Shown piece by piece: positions 51,382 through 64,000 of a DNA stretch of 64,000 nt. The notes under the pieces are model-generated. The model did no database searches and was not told the origin of the DNA. It saw only the letters and a program-made list of their open reading frames with translations. How positions within the stretch are numbered: position 1 is the first letter of the stretch; each line of letters opens with the position of its first letter. A program made the position numbers and the translations under genes. Source of the stretch: Planctomycetota bacterium. GTDB taxonomy: Bacteria; Planctomycetota; B15-G4. The DNA lies in assembly GCA_965248575.1 (NCBI GenBank), contig CBDFJQ010000002.1, positions 4,320,001 to 4,384,000 of the forward strand. The letters run 5' to 3'.

Positions 51382-51993
51382 TTTGGTTGGAGTGGCGCGA
51401 TCCCTGGCCAGTTTCATGGCCCCGTCGTAGGTCACGTCGTCCTGATCCCGCCGACTGGCTGGCAGGATGGCCATCGCCTGCGGCGCAGCTCGTGTCCGGT
51501 CGGAGCCCGTGTGTCTCCTGCACGCAGAACGGCGATTCGACACGCTTCGACGCCACGCGACACAACCGCTCTCAGCAGCTTTGGAAGCGCTCGGCCGCTG
51601 GTTCGGCCACTAGAAAGTTCAAAGCCCCCTCGAGAGCCAGCGGCGGCGATGGGGGGCGATTGGCTTGAAGTACCCATCCTCACGCGATCTTAGGATGGGA
51701 CACTACGGGCGGGCCATCCAGCCTGCGACGGATACCAGGAGGAGCTGGAGGGGTTGGACCGCGGCGTTCATGTGGCCATTGTTGGCCGTCACAACACATG
51801 TTCCGTGATGCCCTTGCGACGCGGCTGAGTTTGTGGACACCACGCTGTTGATCGACCTGCCGCTGCTCGAGAGGGCGATCCGAGAAGCTCGAGACGTCTG
51901 ATCGCGCGGGCTTGTGCGGTCGGGACCACGGACGAAAGAAGCTAGCGCTCTTCAAGAGCCTCAAGCGAAAGGCGCAGACGATCGTCACCTCGT

Positions 51994-52036
51994 AAACGGG
52001 GCCGGCCCGGGAGTGCTGTTCCCGGGCCGGCCCGTT
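51994..52036 (-). terminator. Intrinsic terminator after the Gly-rich protein gene
   Basis: GGGCCGGCCCGGGA / TCCCGGGCCGGCCC stem followed by TTT on the minus strand. Confidence 0.7.
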
Positions 52037-52081
52037 AGGGACCCCATCGAAGGGACCCGTGATCAAAAGGGGGATGCTCGA

Positions 52082-54181
52082 TCAGGGAGTCGTGGCTCGG
52101 ACCCCGTTGGACAGGGTCAGGCCGTCGGGCACCGTCGTGTCCTGGACGATGAACTGGAAGGTGATGCTCGTTCCCGACGGAATGCCGGAGGGCCAGGTCG
52201 TGCTGGAGTTGACCTGACCCGAACCGTTCGCGGATGCGAAGATCTGGCTGGTGAACGGGTGGGCGTGCACGGTGCCCCCGAGGGCGGAGAGCGGCACGGG
52301 CGCCAGGGAGATCCAGGCCAGCACCGGCCCGCCTGGTGTGGCGTTGCTGAGGTCCATCGACACCGTGCCGCCGGTGACGAGCGGCCCGCTGCCCTCGAGC
52401 GTCGGAATCCAGAAGGCGCCGGGCGAGCCACCGCCGAGGTCCTCCCAGCTGCCCACGTCGCCGGTCACCGAGACGTCGAGAGTCACGTAGGTCCCGAAGA
52501 GCGGCTCGTCCAGGTTGCTCATGCGGATGAGGACCGTCTGCCCGGCCTCGACGGCACAGCCTGTCGTGACGGACTGGCCGGCGCCCGAGGCGACGGCGCA
52601 GGTCCCTTCGATCGGACTGCCACAACTCGTGAGCGCCTCGAGAGCCAGGTGGTCACTGGTGAGGCTCCCCGTGGCGGTGATCACGAGGCTGACCGGATCG
52701 GGCTCGTCGTTCACGTAGGCGAACCAGACATCGTCGACAGCCGCCGTGCAGGACGGCGCGCTGGCGTCCGGGGTGGACCCGAGGGTGGCCACGAGCGTGC
52801 TGCCCTCCTCGATGGTCGTGGGGTTGGCGCACGTGTCGTTGGGCACGGACTGGGCGACGCTCGTCACGTCCAGCTCATACGCCCCGTTCTGGAAGGTGGG
52901 GCCGAAGGCCACGCTCAGGCGGATGATGCACGACTCTCCCGGCTGCAGGATCCACGACGGCGAGCTGCAGTCACCGAAGGTCGGGCAGGCGATCGTGGTG
53001 GAGCCGCATGCCGACAGGACTGCGATGGACACGCTCGAAGGAACCGGAGATCCGCAGGTGGAGGCCCTGACCTGGAGCGGCCACAGCTTGTCGTTCGTGT
53101 ACGAGTAGTAGACCGGTGTCCCGTACGTAGGCGTGCCGCAGCCAACATAGGGCGCCCCGACGGGGGGCTGAGCGGTGGTGTCCCCGGAGTAGGTGCCGTC
53201 GCCGATGGGCGGGGCCTGGCTGCAGTCGTACGAGCCGACCGCGTCCTGGCACACGTAGGTCGCCCAGCCGTCGCTCGGCCCGTTCACAACCTTGATCTCC
53301 TGGGACAGCGCGAAGGTGGTGTTCACGTAGCTGCCGCCCCCGCCTCCTCGACGAGCGAAACTGCCGCCCCCGCCACCTGAGTAACCGCCACCACCGCCGC
53401 CTCCGAGGTCCCCCCAGCCACCGCCGCCGTAGCCCCAGCCGCCGTCGCCGGTGCCGCTGCCGCCAGATCCGCCCACGGGGTAGCCCTTCTGGGCGTCTGA
53501 GTCGCTGTGTTGGAACCCCGAAGCCCCGCCACCCGAAATCGCCGCGCTTGGCTCGCCGGCGCCACCGTTCTTCCCTCCATCCCCGCCGGATTCGCCGCCG
53601 CCGTCCTGTCCGGAGGTTCCTGTCCGCGCATCGCCCCCGGTGTAGGAGTCAACGCAGACGCCGAGGACGTTGCCTTGATAGGCGCCGCCTCCGCCACCCA
53701 CGGCTGCGATCACCTGCCAGACGGGCACCGGAGCGGGCTGGCTGTAGAGCACCGCGCTGCCTCCACCGCCACCGCCCGGGGCGGAGTTCGACCCCCCAAG
53801 GGACGTGTTCTCGCCCTTCTCACCGAGGATGAACCGCAGCGTCCCGCCCGGATTGATCTGGTTGATCTGGTTGCCCACCTCGACGGTGAACGTCGCCGTG
53901 GCGCCGCGGCCGCCCTCGGACTCGCAGTCACCGGTCTTGCCGTTGCCGCCGTCGGCCCCCACGATCGAGATCGTGAGGTACTTGGGCGCGTTCATGGGGA
54001 CCGTGAAGTCGTCCGGGCTGTTGGCATCGTGGAAGAACGTCTGCACCGAGCCGTCCGTGACGAGCTGCTGTGCCGTAGCCCCCGTGCCCAGGCCGAACAG
54101 GGTCAACCCGCTCAGGGCCAGGGAGAAGAAGGATGCGCCGCGACGGCGCTGCTTGGGGGGGAGTGACTGGATGGTGTTCAT
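52082..54181 (-). CDS. Secreted protein with ALK/LTK-like glycine-rich domain, Cys-containing beta domains and a C-terminal domain
   Basis: Signal peptide ending ATA-QQ; GADGG, GGGGGS, GGGGGYSGGGGG...GGGGGSY; PNDTCAN, DVWF. Confidence 0.85.
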   Translation of the reverse strand: MNTIQSLPPKQRRRGASFFSLALSGLTLFGLGTGATAQQLVTDGSVQTFFHDANSPDDFTVPMNAPKYLTISIVGADGGNGKTGDCESEGGRGATATFTVEVGNQINQINPGGTLRFILGEKGENTSLGGSNSAPGGGGGGSAVLYSQPAPVPVWQVIAAVGGGGGAYQGNVLGVCVDSYTGGDARTGTSGQDGGGESGGDGGKNGGAGEPSAAISGGGASGFQHSDSDAQKGYPVGGSGGSGTGDGGWGYGGGGWGDLGGGGGGGYSGGGGGSFARRGGGGGSYVNTTFALSQEIKVVNGPSDGWATYVCQDAVGSYDCSQAPPIGDGTYSGDTTAQPPVGAPYVGCGTPTYGTPVYYSYTNDKLWPLQVRASTCGSPVPSSVSIAVLSACGSTTIACPTFGDCSSPSWILQPGESCIIRLSVAFGPTFQNGAYELDVTSVAQSVPNDTCANPTTIEEGSTLVATLGSTPDASAPSCTAAVDDVWFAYVNDEPDPVSLVITATGSLTSDHLALEALTSCGSPIEGTCAVASGAGQSVTTGCAVEAGQTVLIRMSNLDEPLFGTYVTLDVSVTGDVGSWEDLGGGSPGAFWIPTLEGSGPLVTGGTVSMDLSNATPGGPVLAWISLAPVPLSALGGTVHAHPFTSQIFASANGSGQVNSSTTWPSGIPSGTSITFQFIVQDTTVPDGLTLSNGVRATTP

Positions 54182-54358
54182 GGTTCTGGATTCCGTTCAG
54201 AGTTCTGTGGTCTGAAGGGCACTCGAGGCCCTTTCACGCCACCTGGAAGAACGGGAACTCACCCACACCCAGGCATGGAAACTTCCATGTCGGCTTCTGT
54301 CACGGAATTCTCTGCCGCCCTGACGGCCCCCTTCCGTTCTAGGCAGGCCCCTCCCCGA

Positions 54359-57130
<2,772 letters not shown>

Positions 57131-57366
57131 TGGCTCCAGGACTCCGTTGAGGGGAAGCTCCGGTCACAGAGCGTATCCGCCTCGTCCCACACCGGCCATG
57201 ACCGCCGGGCGATCTAAGTTGCCACCTGGGCGCCGCCTTTGCGTTCTTGGAGGCATGGACGCATGCACCGTCACCGTCGTTTCCTTCAGTCGGACACCTC
57301 GGCCCATTCCCGGTCTTGGGTTAGCCTGTAGAGTTCGATCCTCCGCGCCCCGTCCGCGAACTCCGC

Positions 57367-57939
57367 ATGTCGAACCCGCCCTCCGAGGACGTGACCCTCT
57401 GCATCCAGCGCATGCAGGCCGGTGACGACATGGCCCGCAACGAGCTGTTCGAGCACATCTACCAGGACCTCAAGGGGCTCGCGCAGCGTCTGTTCCGAAC
57501 CCAGAAGGAAGGCCAGACCCTGCAGCCGACGGCCCTGGTGCACGAGGCGTACCTGCGACTCGTCGGGACCCAGCAGCAGACCTACAACGATCGGCGCCAT
57601 TTCTTCTCGGTGGCTGCACTGGCCATGCGTCAGCTCATCACGGACCACGCCCGGGCCCGGGGGGCGGCCAAGCGGGGCGGCGACATGAACCGCGTGGCCT
57701 TCGAAAGCGGGGCGATGGAGGCCTCGGTGGTCAACGGCATCGACCTGCTGGCTCTCGACGAGGCCCTCACCGAGCTCGCGCAGCTGAACGAGCGCCAGTG
57801 CCGCATCGTCGAGCTGCGCTTCCTGGCCGGGCTGACCATTGAGGAGACGGCCGAGGTCGTGGGCCTCGCGCCGCGCACGGTGCGTCTGGACTGGACGGTC
57901 GCAAAGCGATTCTTGGCGTCGCGGCTCGGGGCGGATTGA
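57367..57939 (+). CDS. ECF sigma factor, Ser/Thr-kinase-associated type
   Basis: QTLQPTALVHEAYLRL, AMRQLITDHAR...AKRGG, DLLALDEAL, VELRFLAGLTIEETAEV. Confidence 0.95.
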   Translation: MSNPPSEDVTLCIQRMQAGDDMARNELFEHIYQDLKGLAQRLFRTQKEGQTLQPTALVHEAYLRLVGTQQQTYNDRRHFFSVAALAMRQLITDHARARGAAKRGGDMNRVAFESGAMEASVVNGIDLLALDEALTELAQLNERQCRIVELRFLAGLTIEETAEVVGLAPRTVRLDWTVAKRFLASRLGAD

Positions 57940-58072
57940 CCTCAGGTGCCGAGCCGTGGGGCGACCCTTACGACCCAGGCCTCCTCGGGCACCCGGTCGC
58001 CAGGCAGGGCGATCGGGATAGCCCTTGTCGAACGCTGTATCACCCTCGCCGCCAGGCGATCAGGATGACCAG

Positions 58073-58996
58073 CTACCCGTCCTCGCGAGTGAACTCGAAG
58101 CGCGTCCCGCGCCCGCCGTTGATGTACCCGATCGTGGCGCTCAGGGCCCCCTCGTCCGAGAGTTCGTACACGATCTGCTGAGGGCTGTCGTGGCGGGGGT
58201 TCTGGAAGACGGCGCGCTGGCCCGCGAGCTCGGTGAGCACGAACTCGGTCGCTGAGTAGCCGCCCGGCTGAGCGACGTAGACGAGCCCGCCGTCGCGCTC
58301 GACGACGCGCAGGTACTCGAAGGAGCGCATCTTGCCGCTCTTGACCGTGCGCGACACGCCGAGCATCGCGCCGCCCGACGGCGGGCTCCATCGTTCCTCG
58401 ATCGACGACGTGCCGCGCGTCCCGGTCCACGCGCCGGCCAGCCAGGCCATGTCGACCATCGCGGCCTGGGCCGGCTTCGGCAGGGGGATGTCCTCGGGGT
58501 GGCGGTAGAGGGCGTGCGAGTCCATCCCATAGTCTTCGAGGAGGACGCGCACGTGCAGTCCTTCGGGCGTGACCCGGAACTCCCTGCGGAGCAGTCCGGT
58601 GACCTTGTGATCCGACTCGTGCAGGTAGTCCTGCTCGTACACGAGCAGTCCGTCCTTCCAGCTCCCTCGGTAGCGCTTGGTCCTCCCGCCGGTCGCGGCG
58701 GTTTCGATGTTCGAGCCGTCGATCGGGAAGGGCTCTTCGCTGCTGGCGCGCTCCAGGACGACCCTGCCCTCCTCGATGCGCAGCCCGAACGTCACCATCA
58801 TGGGGGGGCCTTGCTCCTCCCTGGGGCGGCCCTCGGTGCGGTCCTCGACGTAGAGCCACGTGCCGCTGAACGCTTGCAAGTCGTCGCCTTGCATCTCTTG
58901 CATCGACGGTGCGTTCGGGGCCGACGCAGCCGTGGCGGACGCGAAGAGCGGGAGGCAAGCCGCGAGGGCTAGGAGGACGAGAGTCGAGAGTTTCAT
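58073..58996 (-). CDS. Secreted DUF6265-domain protein
   Basis: Signal peptide; WLAGAW, EERWSPP.GG.MLG, FEYLR, YVAQP, FQNPRHDSPQQIVY. Confidence 0.85.
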   Translation of the reverse strand: MKLSTLVLLALAACLPLFASATAASAPNAPSMQEMQGDDLQAFSGTWLYVEDRTEGRPREEQGPPMMVTFGLRIEEGRVVLERASSEEPFPIDGSNIETAATGGRTKRYRGSWKDGLLVYEQDYLHESDHKVTGLLRREFRVTPEGLHVRVLLEDYGMDSHALYRHPEDIPLPKPAQAAMVDMAWLAGAWTGTRGTSSIEERWSPPSGGAMLGVSRTVKSGKMRSFEYLRVVERDGGLVYVAQPGGYSATEFVLTELAGQRAVFQNPRHDSPQQIVYELSDEGALSATIGYINGGRGTRFEFTREDG

Positions 58997-59804
58997 GTCT
59001 ACATTCTGGCCAATCGCCACGGGCCACTCTTGAACAAAAACGACAACCGGGGTCTCGGGCTACGGCCCGGCACAGTCGGCGGGGGCGGAGAGGACCCGAC
59101 CGTGGAACCGACCGGGGATCCCGAGCAGCCGATCCGAGGTTCGAGCGGGTCAGCGGGAGCTCAGATCGGGACATGAGGGGCTTTGAGTGGAAAGGGGGGG
59201 GGGAGCGAACAATGAACACATCTCACTGATGAATGAGGTGCACGCGTTGCCTCGCGCCAGACACCCAACGATGAAAGCGAGGCTGCAGGCGGGGTTCCGT
59301 CCGTCATTGCGAGAGCCACTCGATTGCGGCCGAGCTGTCCGATGATTTCCCGCGTCTCGACCCGGACAGGCACTCCAGCCAACGTTGCACCGGAGCCGTC
59401 ACGAACAATAACGCTCAGTGGACGAGCCCAGGACTCCACCAACGCCGGCAACACGAGAACGTACCCCCCGCATGGAGGGGAGAAGATCCGAGCTCAAGGG
59501 TGGGTGCAACAGAGGACGGAAAGGCCACGCTCGCGGCCCACTGAAGAGGGCCACCCTCCGAGACTGTCGCCGGAATCGCGAAGCGAGCTTCCTGATCCAG
59601 TTCGCCTGTGATTGCGCTGCGAAGAAGTACGGTTTCAGAGTCCAATCGCCCTTGCAGCACATTTTTCTCGCAGGGGGGGACATCACCACGAACGGAGACG
59701 CGTTTGCTTCCCGCAAGTGCGCATCGAGGTCGGTCCGAATCGCGCCTGGGTAGGAGCGAGAGACCGTGGAGCCCTGGCTTGGAGATGGTCTATCATCGGG
59801 CACC

Positions 59805-61415
59805 ATGGAATCACTCACCTGCCGCCTGCTCTTGTTCCTGGTCTCGACCATGCTGGTGGGGACCTCCTATTCGCAGCAGGGCGTCGAACGATCCGAACAG
59901 GCTCCGGTCGAGGTCACAGGGCGCGACCGTCTTGAGTTCCTGACCGAGCTCCTTCAGAGCGCTCGCGAGAAGCCGGTGGACGGCATCCAGGCCCATGGGA
60001 TCGAGGCGCTGCACTTGCTCGAGGCGTACCCGGATCCCCTGGTCGAGCTTGGTGTCCGGCTCGACTTGAGCTGGTGCGCGTCACGGACCGGGGACATGGA
60101 GACAGGCCTCGAGCAGGCGCGCTTGGCGCATGGACTCGCTTCGGAATTGAAGGACGCGGGCGAAGTCGCTCGAGCGAACTACCACATCGCGGCTGCCCAC
60201 TGGTACGGAGGGCGTCCGGATGACGCCATCGAGGCGGCGCTGCTGGCGCTCGAGGCCCAGCGGGACCTTGACGACCGAAAAGCGCTCGAAACCACGTTGA
60301 CGCTGCTCGGAGCGGTGTCTCGCTCTCGAAGCGACTACGACGAAGCGGTCGAGTATCACTTCGAGGCGCTGGAGGTCGCGCTGGAGGACGACGACGCCGT
60401 TGGCGTCGCTCGTTCCCGCAACAACATTGGCCTCGTTTTCTGGAATCTGGGTGAGCACGCCCGCGCGCGCGAGTTCTTCGAGCAGGCCGTGGATTCGTAT
60501 CGCACGCTCGGGACGGAACCCGGGCTTGCGTCGGCGCTGAGCAACCTCGGTCTGGTTCTCATCGAAATGGGCAGGGCCGAGGAGGCTCTCCCGCTGCTGG
60601 AGGAGGCACAGCTGTTCCAGGAGCGCCTCAGAAACGATCGGGGCCGGGCAAAGGCCTTGAGCAACATCGGCTTTGCGCAGGAACAGATTGGTCTCTTCGA
60701 TGAAGCCTTGGAGACCATGCTCGCGGTGTTGATCCTGCACGAGTCACTGGGTGACGCATGGGGCTTGTCGCGCACGCTCGGGAGCATCGCAGATCTCCAT
60801 CAGACGCAGGGACGACTCGAGGAGTCTGTGGAGTACTACGAGCGAGCGGCGACGGCCGCCGAGCGCGCCGATGCGCGCGAGGAACTCAGCCACATTCTGC
60901 AAGGCTTGGCCGAGGTCCAGGAGGGCCTGGGCAGGCATCCGGAAGCCTTGGTCGCGCTTCGCCGTCACGTCGAGATCGTTCAGGACTTGGATCGCGCAGA
61001 GACCGTTCGACGCATCTCGGAGTTCGAGTCCGAGGCGCTCTTGGAGGCCCAAGCGCTTCGTGTGAACCAGGATCGATTCGTTCGCAATGCAGCCATCGCG
61101 GGAGCAGCTGTTCTCCTGGTCCTGGGCGCCTTCGGTTGGAATCTCTTCATGCTGAAGCGTCGTGCCCACGGGAAACTCGAAGTGCTTCACGACCGCTTGT
61201 CAGCCCACGCGACCGAGCTCGAAGAGGCACGTGGCAAGATTCGGAGTCTCGAAGATCTGTTGCCGATCTGCAGCTACTGCAAGAGCATTCGCGATGAGGC
61301 TGGCGACTGGCAGCAATTGGAGGCCTACCTCCACTACCGTGCAGGCGCACAGCTGACTCACGGGATCTGCCCCGAGTGCCTCGAGCGCGTCTTTGCGACG
61401 GAGATCCGGAACTGA
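59805..61415 (+). CDS. Periplasmic TPR sensor with TM and cytoplasmic Cys-rich zinc-binding tail
   Basis: Signal peptide, TPRs (ARSRNNIGLV, ASALSNLG), TM, coiled coil, LLPICSYCKSIRD...W...THGICPEC. Confidence 0.85.
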   Translation: MESLTCRLLLFLVSTMLVGTSYSQQGVERSEQAPVEVTGRDRLEFLTELLQSAREKPVDGIQAHGIEALHLLEAYPDPLVELGVRLDLSWCASRTGDMETGLEQARLAHGLASELKDAGEVARANYHIAAAHWYGGRPDDAIEAALLALEAQRDLDDRKALETTLTLLGAVSRSRSDYDEAVEYHFEALEVALEDDDAVGVARSRNNIGLVFWNLGEHARAREFFEQAVDSYRTLGTEPGLASALSNLGLVLIEMGRAEEALPLLEEAQLFQERLRNDRGRAKALSNIGFAQEQIGLFDEALETMLAVLILHESLGDAWGLSRTLGSIADLHQTQGRLEESVEYYERAATAAERADAREELSHILQGLAEVQEGLGRHPEALVALRRHVEIVQDLDRAETVRRISEFESEALLEAQALRVNQDRFVRNAAIAGAAVLLVLGAFGWNLFMLKRRAHGKLEVLHDRLSAHATELEEARGKIRSLEDLLPICSYCKSIRDEAGDWQQLEAYLHYRAGAQLTHGICPECLERVFATEIRN

Positions 61416-61588
61416 GGTCGATGCGTGTCCTGATTCCGGGCGTGAGTGTTGATGGGGCGCCCACGAGCCCGCCACGCCCTCAGGACCCTGCTAGGATCGC
61501 TTCTTCGTAGCTGCGTGCCGCGCGCCCATCCTCTCCCGCTCAGTCCTCACTCAGCACCCCCTAAGCCCCCCCCCTAAGCCGAGGTCCC

Positions 61589-63436
61589 ATGCGTCCACCC
61601 CTCGTCGTCCTGGCCCTCCTGCTGCTCACCGGTCTCGCTGTCCCCGCCTCCGCTGGCGGCCTCGGCGTGCTCTCCGTCGACCCGCCCAGGCACAGCACCG
61701 CCGCGCCCACTGCTGCTGTGATCAGCGTCGTGTTCGATGCGGCCGTCGATCCCGCCACAGTCAGCGCCGACTCGATGCGCGTCTACGCGCGCTGGTCCGG
61801 CCCCGTGCCGGGCACGCGCACGCTCGACCCGTCCGGCACCGTGCTCAGCTTCCAGCCGTCGCGCCCGTTTTTCCCAGGTGAAATGGTCACGGTGCGGCTG
61901 TCCGCCACCATCGCGGGCACCGTTGCCGGGGCGCTTGCCGGCGGCCACCAGTGGCAGTTCTGGACGCGCTCCGCGGAGGGGACAGGCGCCTTCGTGCTCG
62001 ATGACGTGTTGCCGACCAAGCTCTCGGGTGAGGGCTTCATCCAGTCCTACGGCCTCTTCGCGGGCGACCTCGACGGTGACGGCGCTCCGGACTTCGCCGT
62101 GCCCAACGAGATCTCCAACGACGTGCGCATCTTCATGAACGACGGCTGCGCGACCTTCACAGCACCGGCGCTGAACCCCCTGGGAACCTTCTTCACGCCG
62201 TCCTCCAACGAAGGCGAGGACTATGACCTCGACGGCCTGGTGGACTTCGCCGTCGCGAACATCAACGGCGACAGCACGAGCGTTCTCATCGGCAACGGCG
62301 ACGGGAGCTTCCAGCCCGCCGTGACCTATCCCAGCGGCGACGGCGCGCGGGCGCTCGTGGCCATGGATGTCGAGGGCGACGGCGACGTGGACCTGGTCAT
62401 CGCTCACCGAAACGATTCGACGCTGGGGCTGCATCGCAACAACGGTGACGGCACCTTTGCGCCCGTGGCTCTCTTCAACGGCGGCGTGGCAGGCGAGACC
62501 GCTGCGAGCACAGCTGATGCGGACAACGACGGCCACATGGACCTCTTCGTGGCGGGCTATGGTTCGAGCCAGGTCCGGGCGCTGCTCAACGACGGCACGG
62601 GGGCGTTCACGCCAGCGGGTGTCAGCAACACCGGGCTCAATCCGTGGATGACCGCAACGGGTGACATCGACAATGACGGCGACGTGGATGTCGCGACCTG
62701 CAACGCGACGGGCGACAACGCGTCCGTGGTGCGTGGCGACGGCGCCGGTGGCCTGGGCACCGCGACGAACCTCCCCCTCGGCAACTTCTGCCTCGCCATC
62801 GACCTCGGTGACATCGACGGTGACGGTGACCTCGATCTCGTGGGCAGTTCGTTCAGCGACGAGGTCTGGACCTGCTGGCGCAACGACGGTGCTGGCAACT
62901 ACGGCAATGTGTTCACGCTGCCCGCCACGAACGCCGCCTCCTGTGCCACCATCGTCGACTACGACCGCGATGGCTTCGTGGACATCGTCGGCGTCGACGA
63001 ACTGGATGACCTGCTCTTCCTCTTCCGCCAGGAGAGCCTCCCGCCCGACGGTGTCCAGGCTCCCCGCTGTGGCGCGACGCTGCGCATCGACAACCTGGCG
63101 AACCGGGGCGGCTTCGGCCTCCAGCCACCGCACCTGCTGACCCCTGGCGGCACGGTCTTCGTGGGCGTCACCGCCGCGCCGTCCAGCGGCTTCTGGCTCA
63201 CCGCCGGCGTGCCGCTCGCGCCGGGGCTCGCCACGGCCTACGGCACCTACAATCTCGCGACGCTGCCGCCGATCGTCCTGGGCGGTGCCTTCACGGACGG
63301 GAACGGCGAGGCGACCCTGCCGCTCGTCGTGCCCACCGATGTGCCCACCGGCGTCGACGTGGCGCTGCAGGCATTCGTCGTCGTGCCGGGCGGCTACCGC
63401 CTGACGAATGCCGAGGTGGTGCGCGCCGTACCGTAA
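61589..63436 (+). CDS. Secreted Ig-like (Big_5) + FG-GAP/VCBS repeat protein
   Basis: Signal peptide, Ig-like N-terminus, about 7 DxDGDGxxD repeats. Confidence 0.9.
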   Translation: MRPPLVVLALLLLTGLAVPASAGGLGVLSVDPPRHSTAAPTAAVISVVFDAAVDPATVSADSMRVYARWSGPVPGTRTLDPSGTVLSFQPSRPFFPGEMVTVRLSATIAGTVAGALAGGHQWQFWTRSAEGTGAFVLDDVLPTKLSGEGFIQSYGLFAGDLDGDGAPDFAVPNEISNDVRIFMNDGCATFTAPALNPLGTFFTPSSNEGEDYDLDGLVDFAVANINGDSTSVLIGNGDGSFQPAVTYPSGDGARALVAMDVEGDGDVDLVIAHRNDSTLGLHRNNGDGTFAPVALFNGGVAGETAASTADADNDGHMDLFVAGYGSSQVRALLNDGTGAFTPAGVSNTGLNPWMTATGDIDNDGDVDVATCNATGDNASVVRGDGAGGLGTATNLPLGNFCLAIDLGDIDGDGDLDLVGSSFSDEVWTCWRNDGAGNYGNVFTLPATNAASCATIVDYDRDGFVDIVGVDELDDLLFLFRQESLPPDGVQAPRCGATLRIDNLANRGGFGLQPPHLLTPGGTVFVGVTAAPSSGFWLTAGVPLAPGLATAYGTYNLATLPPIVLGGAFTDGNGEATLPLVVPTDVPTGVDVALQAFVVVPGGYRLTNAEVVRAVP

Positions 63437-63556
63437 GGGCGACCGACCTCCGGGCGACGGGCTTCGCTACCATCGCGGCATGATTCCTCCCACCATTCGC
63501 TTCGTGGAGCCGGCGTGGTCGCGAGCCGGGGGGACCTTTCCTGCCGGAGCACGTCC

Positions 63557-64000
63557 ATGGCTATTGTCGCACCTTACGCACCGAACGCTCGCCGCCCGCG
63601 GTGGATCGCGACGCTGGCCGTCGCCATGCTCTCGGCCTGCTCTGGAATCGAGTCGTCGACAACCTCTGCACCGGAGCGTGGGAGTCCAAAGGGCGTCACA
63701 GGACTGGCCGCGGGACTTGTGCCCGACGCCGACCCGCTGATCACGGCCGGCCGGACGGCCACGCGCCGCTTCTTCGAGGGCGAGGACGACGCGCTCTGGG
63801 AGGCCTTCACGCCAGACACGCGTAAGCTGCTTGGCGGACAGCAGGTGATGCTCTCGGTCTTCCGCCTCCAGGTCGAGTCGGAGCTGGGCGCGGAGGTGGA
63901 GGTTCTGAGGGAGGAGCTCGTCGAGCAAGGCGAGCAGACCCTCTACGTGCGCACGTCGCGCTTCGAGGACTTCGAGCAGCATTGCCAGGTCGTGTTCGCG
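63557..64000 (+). CDS. Lipoprotein, partial (runs off the window end)
   Basis: ATG after GGAG: MAIVAP...LAVAMLSAC (lipobox) ...RRFFEGEDDALWEAF...FRLQVESELGAEVEV; open to the end of the window. Confidence 0.6.
   Translation, partial: MAIVAPYAPNARRPRWIATLAVAMLSACSGIESSTTSAPERGSPKGVTGLAAGLVPDADPLITAGRTATRRFFEGEDDALWEAFTPDTRKLLGGQQVMLSVFRLQVESELGAEVEVLREELVEQGEQTLYVRTSRFEDFEQHCQVVFA

Noticed and set aside
51382..52080. Integrative element at tRNA-Asp
   Set aside because: About 700 bp is non-coding, but no integrase and no duplicate of the tRNA 3' end was seen in the window.

Overview
High-GC bacterial window. It is most likely from a Planctomycetota (inference from the ECF sigma/Ser-Thr kinase pair, ASPIC/UnbV and FG-GAP proteins, and carboxypeptidase-regulatory repeat proteins). 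It carries about 40 genes. Housekeeping genes include lpoB-like, glgB, glgX, polX, putP-like, rlmF, a DASS transporter and tRNA-Asp. The main unusual items are: (1) a candidate RiPP locus of two B12-dependent radical SAM enzymes followed by an unannotated 56-aa peptide; (2) a membrane-anchored ClpA/B-type AAA+ ATPase fused to a release-factor (PCRF/RF2-like) module lacking the GGQ domain; (3) a MamK-like actin with no other magnetosome genes, flanked by a coiled-coil gene and a BY-kinase-type ATPase lacking a tyrosine cluster, about 6 kb from a lone BMC-T shell gene; (4) a SelW/Rdx selenoprotein missed by the ORF track (CxxU with a SECIS-like hairpin); (5) a DUF4062-NACHT-TPR protein; (6) a partial duplication of a multiheme-cytochrome promoter and 5' end that brackets an SGNH/MBOAT cassette; (7) a toxin-like protein resembling animal families. 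All family calls come from motif recognition by eye; no searches were run.
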